The notes under the pieces: model-generated
Database searches by the model: none
Told to the model about the DNA's origin: nothing
Seen by the model: only the letters and a program-made list of their open reading frames with translations
Assembly (NCBI GenBank): GCA_026936335.1
Contig: JAPMXV010000029.1
Span: 1-64,000 of the forward strand
Direction: 5' to 3'
Length of the DNA stretch: 64,000 nucleotides
Source: Mantamonas sphyraenae STR306
Taxonomy: Eukaryota > Protista > CRuMs
Translations under genes and position numbers: made by a program
Shown: positions 48,133 through 60,900 of the stretch, in pieces
Numbering within the stretch: the first letter of the stretch is position 1
Layout: every line of letters begins with the position of its first letter

Positions 48133-49637
48133 TCACCTGGGTGCAGCACCCCTCCCCACCCACCCAATCACCCTCTCCATCACCTCATCCGGCAGTGTCA
48201 TCCACTGCGCAGTCGGTTCGTACGCCTCCATCCCTCCACACTCAAACATCGCCTCTCTCTCCTCCCCGTTCATCACCAGCGCCACTTCCATCGCCTCATC
48301 CACCTGTGCACCCCACCCAATCCAATGCCACGCCTTCCTCCACCCTGCCATCCTCACCATTTCCTCCGTTCTGCTACTCGGCTTCGCACCCCACGCCCGC
48401 AACACCTCCACAATCCTCTCGTCCTCACCCTTCACTGCTCGCTCCAGCGCCGTATACCACCCTTGCTCACCTGCAAACGTGTCCACAGGAACACCCCACT
48501 CCCTCAACTCTCTCATCTTCTCCACATCTCCACACTCCACAAATACTTCATGTTGCTTCTGGTTCCTCTTGAACAACCGCTGCAGCGCTTCAGCGTTGAC
48601 GCCTCTGATTTTAGAGCAAGCTCGATTTCTTTCCATTGCCATGGCCAGAGCAGCGGCCCCTTCTTCCCCTATGCTGTTGTTAATGAGGTCCAGCATCTGC
48701 AAGCTGCTGTTCTCATTCAGACCCTTTGCCAGTGCTTCAGCTCCCTGATCCCCAATGTTGTTGTTCCAAAGGTCCAGAGTCTGCAGGTTGCTGTTCTCAC
48801 TCAGTGCCTGAGCCAGTGCCGTTGCTCCTTCTGCACCGATGCTGTTGCGGCTGAGGTTCAGTAAGTGCAAGCTGCGGTTCCCCTTCAGTCCCTGCGCCAG
48901 TGCTGCTGCTCCTTCGGCCCCGATGCTGTTGCTTCTGAGTTCCAGTCTCTGCAAGCTGCTGTTTACACCCAGTACCTGCCCCAGTGCTGCTGCTCCTTCG
49001 TCCCCGATCATGTTGTCGTAAAGGTTCAGCCTCTGCAGGCTACTGTTCTCTCTCAGTGCCTGCGCCAGAGCTGATGCTCCTTTGTCACCGATGCTGTTGC
49101 GACCAAGCACCAGTTCCTTCAAGCTACTGTTCTCACTCAGTGCCTGCGCCAGTGCTGCTGCTCCTTCTGCCTCGATGCCGTTGATGCTGAGATCCAATGT
49201 TTGCAAGGTGCTGTTGACACACAGTGCCTGGGCCAATGCTACTGCCCCCACTGCCCCGATCCTGTTGCGACCAAGTACCAGTTCCTGCAGGCTTTTGTTG
49301 ATACCCAGTGCCTGTGCCAATGATGCTGCTTCTTCTGCCCCGATGCTGTTCCACTGGAGCGTCAACGTTGTCAGGCTGTGGTTCGCAGCCAGCGCCTTGG
49401 CCAGCGCTACTGCCTCCTTGACTCCTAACTGCTTGTTGTTAATACGCAGCTTTTGTACACCATGTATGCCATGTCAGCACTCCACTGTTGCCCTTCTTCC
49501 ACTTCTTGACCTGCAACACGTCCCTCCCGCTCTCTCCTTGCGTTCCGGTCCCAGCCTACCTGTCCCTGTGCCTCCAGTGCACTACAAATCTGTGCATGGT
49601 CCCCGTTCTTCAGCAGATCAATCCAATCGGTATTCAT
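48133..49637 (-). CDS. Paralog O (10 LRR, no tail); exons 49637-49560 and 49449-48133
   Basis: Exon 1 MNTDWIDLLKNGDH then GTAGGC donor; an AAG acceptor restores the frame. Confidence 0.85.
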
Positions 49638-51727
49638 CTGTGTACCCAATCTGTGTCGGCTCTCCGTGGTGAGCGTCGTGCGCACCACCCACCCACGCTC
49701 CCTCCCACAGCGACCGCCCCCTTCCCTTCCTCCCCTCAACAGCCCACCACCCGGGTGTTCTCCACCCAGTCACCTCACTTACCCTGAGATATTCCTGTTC
49801 GATGCCACCAATTCCAAGATGCGTTGCGTCGTTCCGCGCCTTCACCGCTATTCTCGCCCAATATCCTCTCCCCGTACGCTGCACACTCCAACACCCACTC
49901 CTCCGGGAATCTTGAAACCTCTTCTGTGCATCCATGTCCACCATGTCACCCATGACACACGTGATAGACTCGGCAGGAAAATTCTTGTCTGACACGTTGG
50001 TCCTCCTCCTCCGTTGAGTTGCGCTTTTGGCTGCCACCGTCGGGTTGACTCATAATGTTCGGGGTCCATCATCCGTTCCCAAAATGTGAACGGCGTTCTT
50101 TTTTCTCCACCTCTTCGAGTCAGGAAAATCCCGTAGCTGCACGTGAGACTCAACAGCGACCAAAGCACCGCCTTGGATGACTCACCCATCCATCACGACC
50201 CCACTGGTGGCGTCTCCGCCGTCCACACGTTCTCAATCATCCACACAGGTCGGTCGAAAATAGCAAGGCGTTTCACATCGCACTTGAAATGGTCGCAGAT
50301 GGGAACACACATCACCAGCTTCCTCCATTGGAATACCCGTGTATGTGTGTGCACCCACACTGAAGTTGTGGTCCTGGGGACACATGCACACACCCACCCG
50401 CCGAGTTGCGCCTTTGCACCCACCAGAGTTCCCGCCCTCCCTCAACATCGTGGAACAGTAGTGAGAATGACGTTGCACCAACACATGTACAAACACATGT
50501 GCGGTCGCGTACTGTCGTCAAAGTCGGTTCGAATGTCCTCCCTGCCTCTGTGATGGGATTCTGGCAGACGGCGACCAAGGCGCCCGGCAACCGAGGCCAC
50601 GTTCAACACCATGGGCGCCTTATCACACCTTGGAACCGGACAGATGCACCAATCCCACGTCTGAGGGGCCCATGGCACCATCCCCAGTCGTGCCTCGGAT
50701 GTCCTCCGTGGCACACGTCACGCTTTTGGCGGCCCGTGCGCTCCGGCTTGTTCTCGCGCTTCAGACGCACTCTCAAGCCGCCTCTGTGGCTGCAGACACA
50801 ACTCGCACGCACGCGAGAACAACCTCTTGACCAGTTGGGACAAAGATAGGTCAACCCAGTCCGAAGCCAAAGGGAAGCCACGCACGCACAGGCGTGTGTG
50901 TGACACGCGGAAAGTACGCGCGTGAAAAAGGCGCTGCTCGCCCGACCCAAGGAGAGAGAAGTCGCCGCAGAGGGAGAACAAAGGGATGGACAAACCGCAG
51001 AACGTGTGCATCCACCCATGAAGAGAAACACAGGGTGTTTGCGTGGTGGACGTGAGGAGGGTGCGAGTGTGTGTGGAGCAGTGCGCGGGAGTGTGCGCGC
51101 GTCTCCAGGAACCCCCCCTCTCCCCCGGGGGACGTGCGTGGGTCCGTTCCAGTGTCCATCGGCCATGGGCTTTGGCAAGCCAGAAGTGGACGCAGCATGG
51201 AGGCGCTGGTTGGAGGATGAAAGGGGGAGACAAGCGTAGCAGCAGGCAGCTGGAGGCCACGTCGACGTGCGACGCGCCAAGTTGCAACCACAACCACAAC
51301 GACAATGACAACGAAGAAGATGGGACTGGGTACGTGGAAGGGGTATGGTGGAGGGTGGGTGAACCCCCGTCCCATCCCAACGACCCCCCCTCACCCAACA
51401 ACGGGGACGGAGGACGGTGGAGGGCAGACTCAGAAGAGGACAATCCCGCCATGGAACACGAGTGACCGCGCATGGTGTGTGGGTGTCCAAATGAGGAACC
51501 TGCTTTGCATGTGCAGTGACGATACTACCAAGCAAGAGGACTCGCCGGTTGTGCCCGGAACGCAGTTACTGGGACTCTCCTGTCTGTACTCGTGGTGAAC
51601 AACAAACACGCGTGTGTAGCACCGCCTTTTACTCCTCATGCTGCTGCTTCATTCCTTGCCCCTTTCCCTCACAACCACACACTCAACCAACTTCTCACCG
51701 TCAGCTCTTCCTTCCGCCACGCCATCA

Positions 51728-53728
51728 TCACCTTCCCCTCCCCACCCACCCAACCACCCTCTCCATCACCTCATCCGGTAGTGTCACCCACCCTTCCCAC
51801 CCTCTCTCCTCCACATACTCCTCCATCCCTCCACACTCGAACATCGCCTCCCTCTCTTCCCCATTCATCACCAATGCCACCTCCATACCCTCATCCACCT
51901 GTCCACCCCATCCGATCCAATGCCACGCCTTCCTCCACCCTTCCTCCCTCACCATCTCCACCGTTTTCATCCTCGGCGTCGCTCCCCAACCCCGCAACAC
52001 CTCCACAATCCTCTCGTCCTTTCGCTTCACTGCCCTCTCCAGCGCAGTCGTCTTCCCTTCATCCCCTGCAAACGTGTCCACAGGCACACCCCACTCCCAC
52101 AACTCTCTCATCGTCTCCACATCCCCACACTCCACAAACTCTACATGCTGCTTCCTGTTTCTCGTTAAAGGCGACTCCAAAGTGCCATTGCGAACACCCG
52201 CGATGTCCCAGCACGACCGATTGACTTCCATTGCCTTTGTCAGTGCTGCTGCACCTTCTGCTCCAACGCTGTTCCAGTTAAGGTTCAGTTCCTGCAGGCT
52301 GTTGTTCTCACTCAGCCCCTGCGCCAGTGCTGCTGCTCCTTGGTCCCCCATGCTGTTGTCCCAGAGGTCGAGTACCTGTAAGCTGCTGTTCTCCCTTAGT
52401 GTCTGTCCCAGTGCTGCTGCTCCTTGGTCTCCTATGATGTTGAACCCAAGTCGCAGGGTCAGCAAGCAGCTGTTCTGACTCAGTGCCTGCGCCAGTGCTG
52501 CTGCTCCTTTTGCATCGATGTCGTTTCCCGTGAGGCACAGTGTCTGCAAGCTGCTGTTCTCACTCAGTGCCTGCCCCAGCGCTGCTCCTCCTTTTGTATC
52601 GATGCTGGTGTTCTGGAGACTCAGTACCCGCAAGCTTCTGTTCTTCGCCAGTCCCTTGGCCAGTGCTGCAGCTCCTTCGTCGCCGATGCTGTTGTTGCTG
52701 AGGTCGAGTGTCAGCAAGCTGTTGTTCTCATCCAGTGCCTTGGCCAGGGCGGCTGATCCTTCTGCCCCGATCAAGTTGATGTGGAGGTCCAGAGTTTGCA
52801 AGCTGCTGTTCTTCCTCAGTGCCTGCGCCAGCGCTTCTGCACCTTCCACATCGATTACGTTGCCGCTGAGGTTCAGCTTCTGCAAGCTACTGTTCTCCCT
52901 CAGCGCCTGGGCCAATACTGCTGCACCTTTGCCCCCGATGCTGTTCCTGCTGAGGTTCAGTTCCTGCATGCTACTGTTCTCTTTCAGAGCCTGCCCCAGC
53001 GTTGCTGCTCCTTCTGCTCCGATGTTGTTGCTAGAGAGGTCCAGCGTCTTCAAGTTGTTGTTCTCCTTCAGTGCCTGCCCAAATGCTGCTGCTCCTTCTG
53101 CCCCGATGCCGTTGTTTCCGAGCTCCAGAGTGTGCAAGCTGCTGTTCTCGCTCAGTGCCTGCCCCAGCGCTGTTACTCCTTTGTCCCCGATGCTGTTGCA
53201 GCTGAGATTCAGCTTCTGCAATGTTCTGTTCTCACCCAACGCCTTGGCCAATGCCGTTGCCCCGACATCCTCCATGCTGTTCTGGCTGACGTTCAGCACC
53301 CGAAGGCTTCTGTTCACACACAGCGTCTGCGCCATCACCGCTGCTCCTTGTGCCCCAATCATGTTGTCGTCCAGGACAAGGGTCTGCAAGCTGTCGTTCT
53401 CGCTCAGTGCCTCCGCGAGTGCTGCTGCTCCTTTGGCCCCAATACTGTTGCGGCTGAGGTCCAGCTCCTGCAGGCTCTTGTTCTTTCCCAGCGCCATGGC
53501 CAGTGTTGCTGCCTCTTGGTCCCCCAGCTTCTTGCCATGAATAACCAACTCCTGTGCCCCGCGTGTAAGCACTCACTCCGTTGGTACCCTTTGCTACCAT
53601 GCCAAGCGTCAACGTGCGTTCGTCCCGTCCCAGCCCACCTTTTCCTCTGCCTCCAGTGCAGCACACACCCGTGCATGATCCCCATCACGCAGCAAGGCAC
53701 GCCAGTGATTTGCATCCATTGAGCTCAT
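51728..53728 (-). CDS. Paralog P (16 LRR, no tail); exons 53728-53639 and 53551-51728
   Basis: Exon 1 MSSMDANHWRALLRDGDH; intact ORF. Confidence 0.9.
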
Positions 53729-54779
53729 TGTGTCTGCCCTGCCTTTGTGAGTGTGAGTGTGAGCGCGCCTGCAGCTGTGGGTGCACCCGCCTTCCCCTCC
53801 TCTCCCCTCTCCACGGCCACAGTCCATCCCGCGCATTGTCCATCCATCCAACCCACCTACCCTGAGGTTTCCTTTACAATGTGGCTGTTCCAAGATGCGT
53901 TGCATGCTGTTGCGCAAGCCGACTCTCTGCCCATGCCTCTGCAGGTCCTCTCTCCCCAACTGTGCATGGTTTGCGTGCGTCCCACCCAGCCCCTGAAGTG
54001 ACCAGCCGCCTAGCAGGCAACCAAACCCACCATGCACCAGTTCGATGCGATATCCTCCATGTGGCCATCCACACACCCGTCGTCTCCCTCGCCCAAAGTC
54101 ACACACCCAATGTATTGATGGCATCTCTCCACAACGACCACCTGCCCTGCGGATCCGTCCTCCACCACCCTCTTCCCGTACACAGGTCCCGCTCCTCCTT
54201 GTCTGCCTGTCCTGTGCATGCCCACTCTCTCGCAACCACAGAGCCCCTCTGCCAGTCTCAAAGTGTGCATCCCAGCCGCTGCCTTTGTTCCTCTCCACAG
54301 CATCCTCCCATGTCGATCTCCCCTTCCGTCCATCTCCCACTCAACCACACAACCAGCTCTGGTTGGTCCTTCTCGACCACCGAGCCATCGCACGAGAGCA
54401 CACCGCATCAGCCTTGTGCAATCCCACTGTCGACACCGGGACTATGTCCCGCCCACAATCACCTTGGTGTCCTCCAAACACCCCTTTGCCCACCTTGGCA
54501 AACACAGACTGCCCGCGTCGACCAAACACCTCCTCCCTTACCATCCTCCCTTCCCGATGGTGTCCACTTTGCCTTCAACCTCCCAATCCTGTGCCCACCC
54601 TTGACCCCAATGCCTCCTGGGCGACGATGGCGTTGGCCTGCCAGCGTTCCCGGGAACTCGTCTCCTCCACCTTGTCTCCACTCCCCGTGATGGCCCACAA
54701 GTCCACGCCAGGATCAAACCCTTCCCAAATGGTCCCAAAGAAGTGCACACACCATTTCTCGACCAGCAATCCACCCTGT

Positions 54780-54908
54780 TCACTCCTCCTCCACACGTTG
54801 CCTCTTCTCCACCTCCTCTTCTTTCCCCTCATCCCTCTCTCGCTTCCTCCTCTCCCCTGACTTCCCCACAGCGACCCTTGCCGGTGCAGCACCCCTCCCC
54901 ACCCACTC
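54780..54908 (-). repeat. Orphan copy of the family's 3' tail cassette (WVGRGAAPARVAVGKSGERRKRE...KRQRVEEE*)
   Basis: Second tail directly downstream of the paralog Q stop, with no LRR or ankyrin part. Confidence 0.85.
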
Positions 54909-54933
54909 ACTGCTGCTGATCAACCCCCACTGT

Positions 54934-56584
54934 TCACTCCTCCTCCACACGTTGCCTCTTTTCCACTTCTTCTTCCTCCTCATCCCTCTCTCGCTTCTTC
55001 GTCTCCCGTGCTCTCAGCCACCAGGGGACCCTTGCCGGTACAGCACCCCTCCCCACCCACCCAATCACCCTCTCCATCACCTCATCCGGCAGCGTCATCC
55101 ACTCTGCACTCGGTTCATACTCCTCCATCCCACCACATCCAAACATCGCCTCCCTCTCCTCCCCGTTCATCACCAACGCCACCACCACCGCCTCATCCAC
55201 CTGACCACCCCATCCAATCCAATGCCACGCCTTCCTCCACCCTTCCTCCCTCACCAACTCCACCGTTTCCACCCTTGGTTTTGCACCCCACGCCCGCAAC
55301 ACCTCCACAATCCTCTCATCCCCTCGCTTCACAGCTCGCTCCAGCGCAGTCTGCGTCCCTTCATCCCCTGCAAACGTGTCCACAGGCACACCCCACTCCC
55401 TCAACTCCCTCATCTTCTCCACATCCCCACACTCTACAAACTCCACGTGCTGCATCTTGTTCCTTTTCAACAGCCACTGCAGATAGCAATTGCCAACGCC
55501 CAGGATTGCCCAGCAGGACCGATTGTCCTGCATTCCCTCCGCCATTGCTGCTGCTCCTTTGTCCTCGATCCTGTTCCGGCTGAGGTTCAGTGTTTGCAAC
55601 CTCTTGTTCACCCTCAACCCCTGCGCCAGTGCTGCTGCTCCTTTGTCCTCGATGGTGTTGTCCGTAAGGCTCAGTGACTGCAAGCTGTCGTTCTCGCTCA
55701 GTGCCTTTGCCAGTGCTGCTGCTCCTTCTGCCCCGATGCGGTTATTGTCGAGCACCAGTCTCTGCAAGATGGTGTTCTCACACAGCGCCTGCGCTAGTGC
55801 TGCTGCTCCTTTGTCCCCGATGCCGTTGGCCCTGAGGTTCAGTGACTGCAAGCTGCTGTTCACACTCAGTGCCTGCTCCAGTGCTGCTGCTCCCTCGTCC
55901 CCGATGCCGTTGGCCCTGAGGTTCAGTGTCCGCAAGCTGTTGTTCACACTCAGTGCTTGCAGCAGTGCTACTGCTCCTTCTTCCTCGAAGCTGTTGTTGT
56001 TGAGGTGCAGCGTCTCCAAGGTCGTGTTCTCTCTCAGTGCCTGGCCCAGGGCTACAGTGCCTTCGTCGCCGATAAAGTTGAAGCCGAGATCAAGTGTCTG
56101 CAAGCTGCTCCCATTCAGTCCCTCTACCAGCGATGCTGCTTCTTTTTCCCAGATTTTGTTCCAACTGAGGCCCAGCGTCTTCAAGCTGCCGTTCACCTCC
56201 AGTGCCAGCGCCAGCTCCACTACTGCTTCGTACTCGAGGTTGTTGTCGTCGAGGAAAAGTGTCTCCAAGCTGCTGTTCCAACACAGTGCCCGCCCCAGTG
56301 CTTCTACCCCTTTGACCCCAATGTTGTTGGAGTCGAGGTGAACTATCTGCAAGCTGCTGTTCCTTCTCAGTGCGTCTCCCAGCGCTACTACCTCGTGGTC
56401 TCCTAGCCCCATGCCACTCATACTAAAACACTGTGTTCCACGTGTCAGCGCACCCTCCATTGTCCTCCATCCACTTCTTGAGGCACAAGACGTCCTGTGC
56501 CTCCCAGTCCCAACCCACCTCTCCCTGTGCCTTCAGTGCACTGCAAATCTGTTCATGGTCCCCCTTCCGTAGCAGCTCATCCAT
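54934..56584 (-). CDS. Paralog Q (11 LRR, NLS-like tail); exons 56584-56519 and 56430-54934
   Basis: Exon 1 MDELLRKGDHEQICSALKAQGE; intact ORF. Confidence 0.88.
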
Positions 56585-57968
56585 ATCCAAGTCTGCTTCC
56601 CCCTTTGTGAGTGCGTGTCACCAGCTTTCGCTATATCCTTCCCTTCTGCGTCCGCCTTCCCTCCCTCTCCACCACCAGCCCAACCCGCACGTTCTCCATC
56701 CATCCACTTTACTTGCCTTCTGGTTCTGATTCTGGTTCTGATTCCCATTCTGTGAGGACGGACGGGTTGTTAGACGGCGTTGCAAGTGCTGCTGCGCTTG
56801 ACAGGGCACCCCCTGCACCCGCCTTCCTCCTCCCTCTCCACCACCGGCCCAAAACACCCGTTCTCCATCCACCCAGTCACTTACCGTCGCCGGAGTATGA
56901 ATCTGTGAGAATGTGCGGGTGGTGTGAGACGCGTTGCATGCTGCTGCCGCGTTTGGCAAGACTCCCTTGCACCCCGCGGGCCCAAAGTCCCTTCCCCACC
57001 CAGCCCCCGGCGTCCCGTTGTTGTGCCGACGGCCCGATGCGTCGTCCTACGCATTGGACAGTCGGACACTGGAATGGTCGCCAGGCGTTGGCCGTCTGTG
57101 GTGCGTGGGGCGGCAGGACTTTGTTGCTGGCGCCAACCAGCCTCCTTCTCCCCGCCCAAACGGAAAAGCCGGTTGCACGCAGCCCCAGCGCACCCACCAA
57201 CCGGCATTGCCAAACCGAGACACCCACTGTGTCGTCAACCCACCTTGTTCGTCCATCTCCTTTTGTCAGTTGTGTTTGTCCTGCTTGGACGCGCGCTCTT
57301 TCTCCCACCCCCACTCGGCTGCTGCCCACCTGAATGCCTCCCCACCCCCCGTCCATCCAACAGGCCCAGGTCACTCCAGCCACGACATCGACTGCAGTCA
57401 CACCCACACATCCACCCACACATACCGCGCTCTGCGACAACCACCCACAGGATGCGCCCTTTATCACCCACACCAAGTTTAATGTCACCATTCCCCCTTT
57501 GCAGCCCCTGCTTACTCCTTTCTACTCTCCTCCTCTCCTTCTCTCTGTTCCATCTGATGCAACCATGGCACAGGAGGAGGAGCTGTGGTCCTGCCCACCA
57601 CGATGCACATCCCCGTCAAAGCACAAATCATGACCCGACGATCTCTCCATGGACAGTGTGTGATGGTGTCGACCACCCCGCTGTGATGCGATGATGGGCC
57701 AGAACAGGTTCGCGTCTGGCGCCACAAACACACTCACACAGCCACAGCAACCAGAAGGAGCACACGGCACTGCTGAAACACATGCACACCTTGGCCAACA
57801 AGCATCCCTTCAACAACGTCCCCGACCTCATGACCAGCAATCGCGTGCTCTTGGTCTGCCATGGCACCCTGAACACGCATGCTGATCCAACAGATCCAGC
57901 TCGTTCATGCCAACGTGCTTTCCATTTGCTCCTCGCACTTCTTGCAGACCTCCTCCCTTTGCTCCTCA

Positions 57969-60900
57969 TCACAAGTCATCCATCTCAATCTTGTTCTCAT
58001 TGTCCCTAGAGTCGTCTCTTACGCGAGACCTCGTCCACATACTCATCCACGAGGTGTTGTACGACTCGAGGTCCTGCACGATGCTGGTCAACGCAGAGTC
58101 CGGGTTCTGGTCAGCATGTAGGACCAAGGAGCTGTACCACTCTGGATTGATCATATTCTGTGCGCTCTCCAGGCGTTGCACGGTGCAACCTTGCTTCACC
58201 TCCTTCAGCATCTGCACCTCCGCAAGCAACTTCTCCAACACTTGGTCATCCATTCGTTCCGTGGCGATTTTCTCCAAGCTTCCGTGGTAGTCGGCATGGA
58301 ACAGTGCGCGCACAGCCACCATGAACGTGTCTGCAGTTCCAGCTTTGCCGGCGTCCACGGTTTTGTCTCGTTGCAGCTCACGTACGCCGGTCCAAAGATC
58401 TCTCACGACGTAGGCCACACACACCACCAGCACACTGATGCCCACAGCCATCGTCAGATTGCCCCAATCATCGGCACTGCCCGAGTCGCTCTCGGTCACA
58501 AACACCATCCCAGCCACAAGCAAAACGAACGACTCGATCAGAAGAATGCTCTCCAAGTTGTTTTGCATGCTGGTTTTGTACGGCTGAGTGCGATCATGCA
58601 CCACAGTGGCACCACCGAGCACAAGCATGCCCATCAGACCCTGCAGCGCTGGCAGATTGGTGGCGAACAACTTGACACCCACCACTGCTCCTTTGCGCAG
58701 CAACACCATGGCTTCAAACCAAAAGTATTGCGGACCATACTTGTTGAAGATACTTGAGTACTTTTGCTGAAACTCTGTGCTTTCTCTGTTCTCAGCATCT
58801 CGACCTGTGAGCATGATGGACAGAAACACCACAGGCGTGCCCAGCACGTACACCAGCCCAAATACCACTGCAGGTCCCACCAGTTTGCTGTGGATCCCAC
58901 CTTCCACCCAGCAGAGCACATCTGGGGACGCGTCCATCACAAACACTCCGGTGCGCACCTCGGTGCAGTCAAACACCTCTAGCACGCGTGTGCACAGCGT
59001 AATGTACAACAGCCCCATCGAAAACAGCATCTCGTTGGTCAAATATCGCAGTGTAGATTGATCCACAACCTCTGCTTCCGTAAACAACGTGGAAACGTAG
59101 TGGCGCGTCAGTCCCAGCACAAACGACCCTTTGCTCTGCGCAGGATCGGGCTCGGCGCAGAACTCTGCGTGCTCCAATCGAAAGCGTTCACCGTTTTGCA
59201 TCACCCAATTGGCGTGCACGTACTGGACGAGGACACGCGTGAGCAAGCCGATCAGCAGCGCCACGGGCAGAAGCATGGTGACCCAGAATCGTGTTTCCGC
59301 GTTCCATCCCTGCGCCACGGAGCACTCGGGAGCCGCCGTGTCGATGTTAAAGTTGGCCAAAGAGAAGTAGTTGAACACACTCTGCACACCCTCGGGCCAG
59401 TTTAGACGATACTCGGCAAATGTGCTCATCACCTGCAGATGCGTAATGGCCAGTGCGGCGACTTTGCCCGTCTTTTTTTTTGGCGAGCTGCGGACTTGGC
59501 GCCGCACAAACACGAGGTAGAGGACAAAAAGCACGACCAAAATGGCCAGTGTTCCACCAGAGCCTTGGCGGCAGGGCTGACACGTGTCTCCCAGCTTGTA
59601 GTAGCCGGTGGAACATGTTCCACACAGGGTGCCCTCGTAGCCGGTCGCACATGCAGACGAGTTGCCACCCAAACATGCCGACTTGACCGCGCACTGTGTA
59701 AAACGCAGGTCGCCCGCTGTGCCGGTAGAAAAGTAGCCAGGTTGGGCAACGGGTTGGTTCAAGCGCCCCGTGCATTTGGCATTCGGTGGACACGGGATGC
59801 AGGGCAAGCCAGTCTGTAGGTTGGGTTGGTAAAAGTCAGCCTTGCACTGACAGTCGGACAAGCTCGTCGGCGCGTCGCCCGTGGCTTCCGTGTTGTCGGG
59901 GCACGTGAGCGCTTCCTGCAATACTCGGAATTGGACGGTCGGCTCCGATGCGAATTGCTGTCCCGCATTCAGGCTGACTTCCACCAAGTACTCACCCTGC
60001 GGTTGTGAAGCAGGCGAGACAAGCACAATTGCCGTGGTGGCGATGCTTGTCGGCGTGAACAGATTGCCCGTTCCCAACTGAACCGTGACGAACCCCGTGT
60101 CCAGAAACCCGGATCCGACAATGGTCACCGCTGCAGTTTGGCCGGGTGTCTTGCGTGCGGGTGTCACAGAGGTTACCGTCGGCGTCGGGTACGCGGTTAC
60201 TTTCAGCGACGTGTCCACCCAATTCAATCCGTTCAGAGCCACAAAGACGTCCAGCGACACCGCGGCACCTTGTGTGCGATGGTATGCAGGCAATGTGGCA
60301 ACCAACGTGTCCAACGACTTGCTGGCCTGCACGCTCGCAGACTGCCATCCGTTCCCGTCTTGGAGGCGCACCGAGGTCACATCGCTCACAGGTGCAAATC
60401 GTCCAGTAAGCGACACCACCGTGCCACCTGTGAGCGGCATGGCCCCTGGAATGCTTGCGTTCAAAGATGGTGCTGCGTACACGCGCATGGTCCTGCCGTT
60501 GCTTGTCCAATCGCCTCCGGCATTCGTGCTCACTTCCACACCCACGTCCACGTACCCCCCACCGTTCAGAGTGACCTTGCCTTCCAACGAGGGCATTGTA
60601 AAGCTGCACGATGTCCCCGCGTCCGTGCCAGTCACGTTGATGTACACTGGCGGCGAACTTTTGATCCACACACGAAGCGACCCGTCCACACCCGCCGCAT
60701 CGAGCATGTCGGTACCGGTGAGGGTGACATGGGTGGAACCTGTGATGGGTGCACTCGTGGGCGATGTGCTACTCACCACAGGCGACACCGTGACGAATGA
60801 GGCAGTCGTGTTGCCGCTGACCTCCACGCCGCCGTTGAGAGAGATGTCGACAGTAGCCGTGGTGGCCACCAAGGGCGGTGACCAACAGCTCACGCTTGTG

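Noticed and set aside
49900-51600. Unique spacer with short ORFs on both strands, possibly a gene remnant or mobile element
   Set aside because: No recognisable domain, terminal repeats or target-site duplication could be supported by eye
11252-56584. Annotation as NLRC3/NOD-like receptors or RanGAP
   Set aside because: Only the LRR class is shared; there is no NACHT/NB-ARC P-loop and the C-terminal architecture differs
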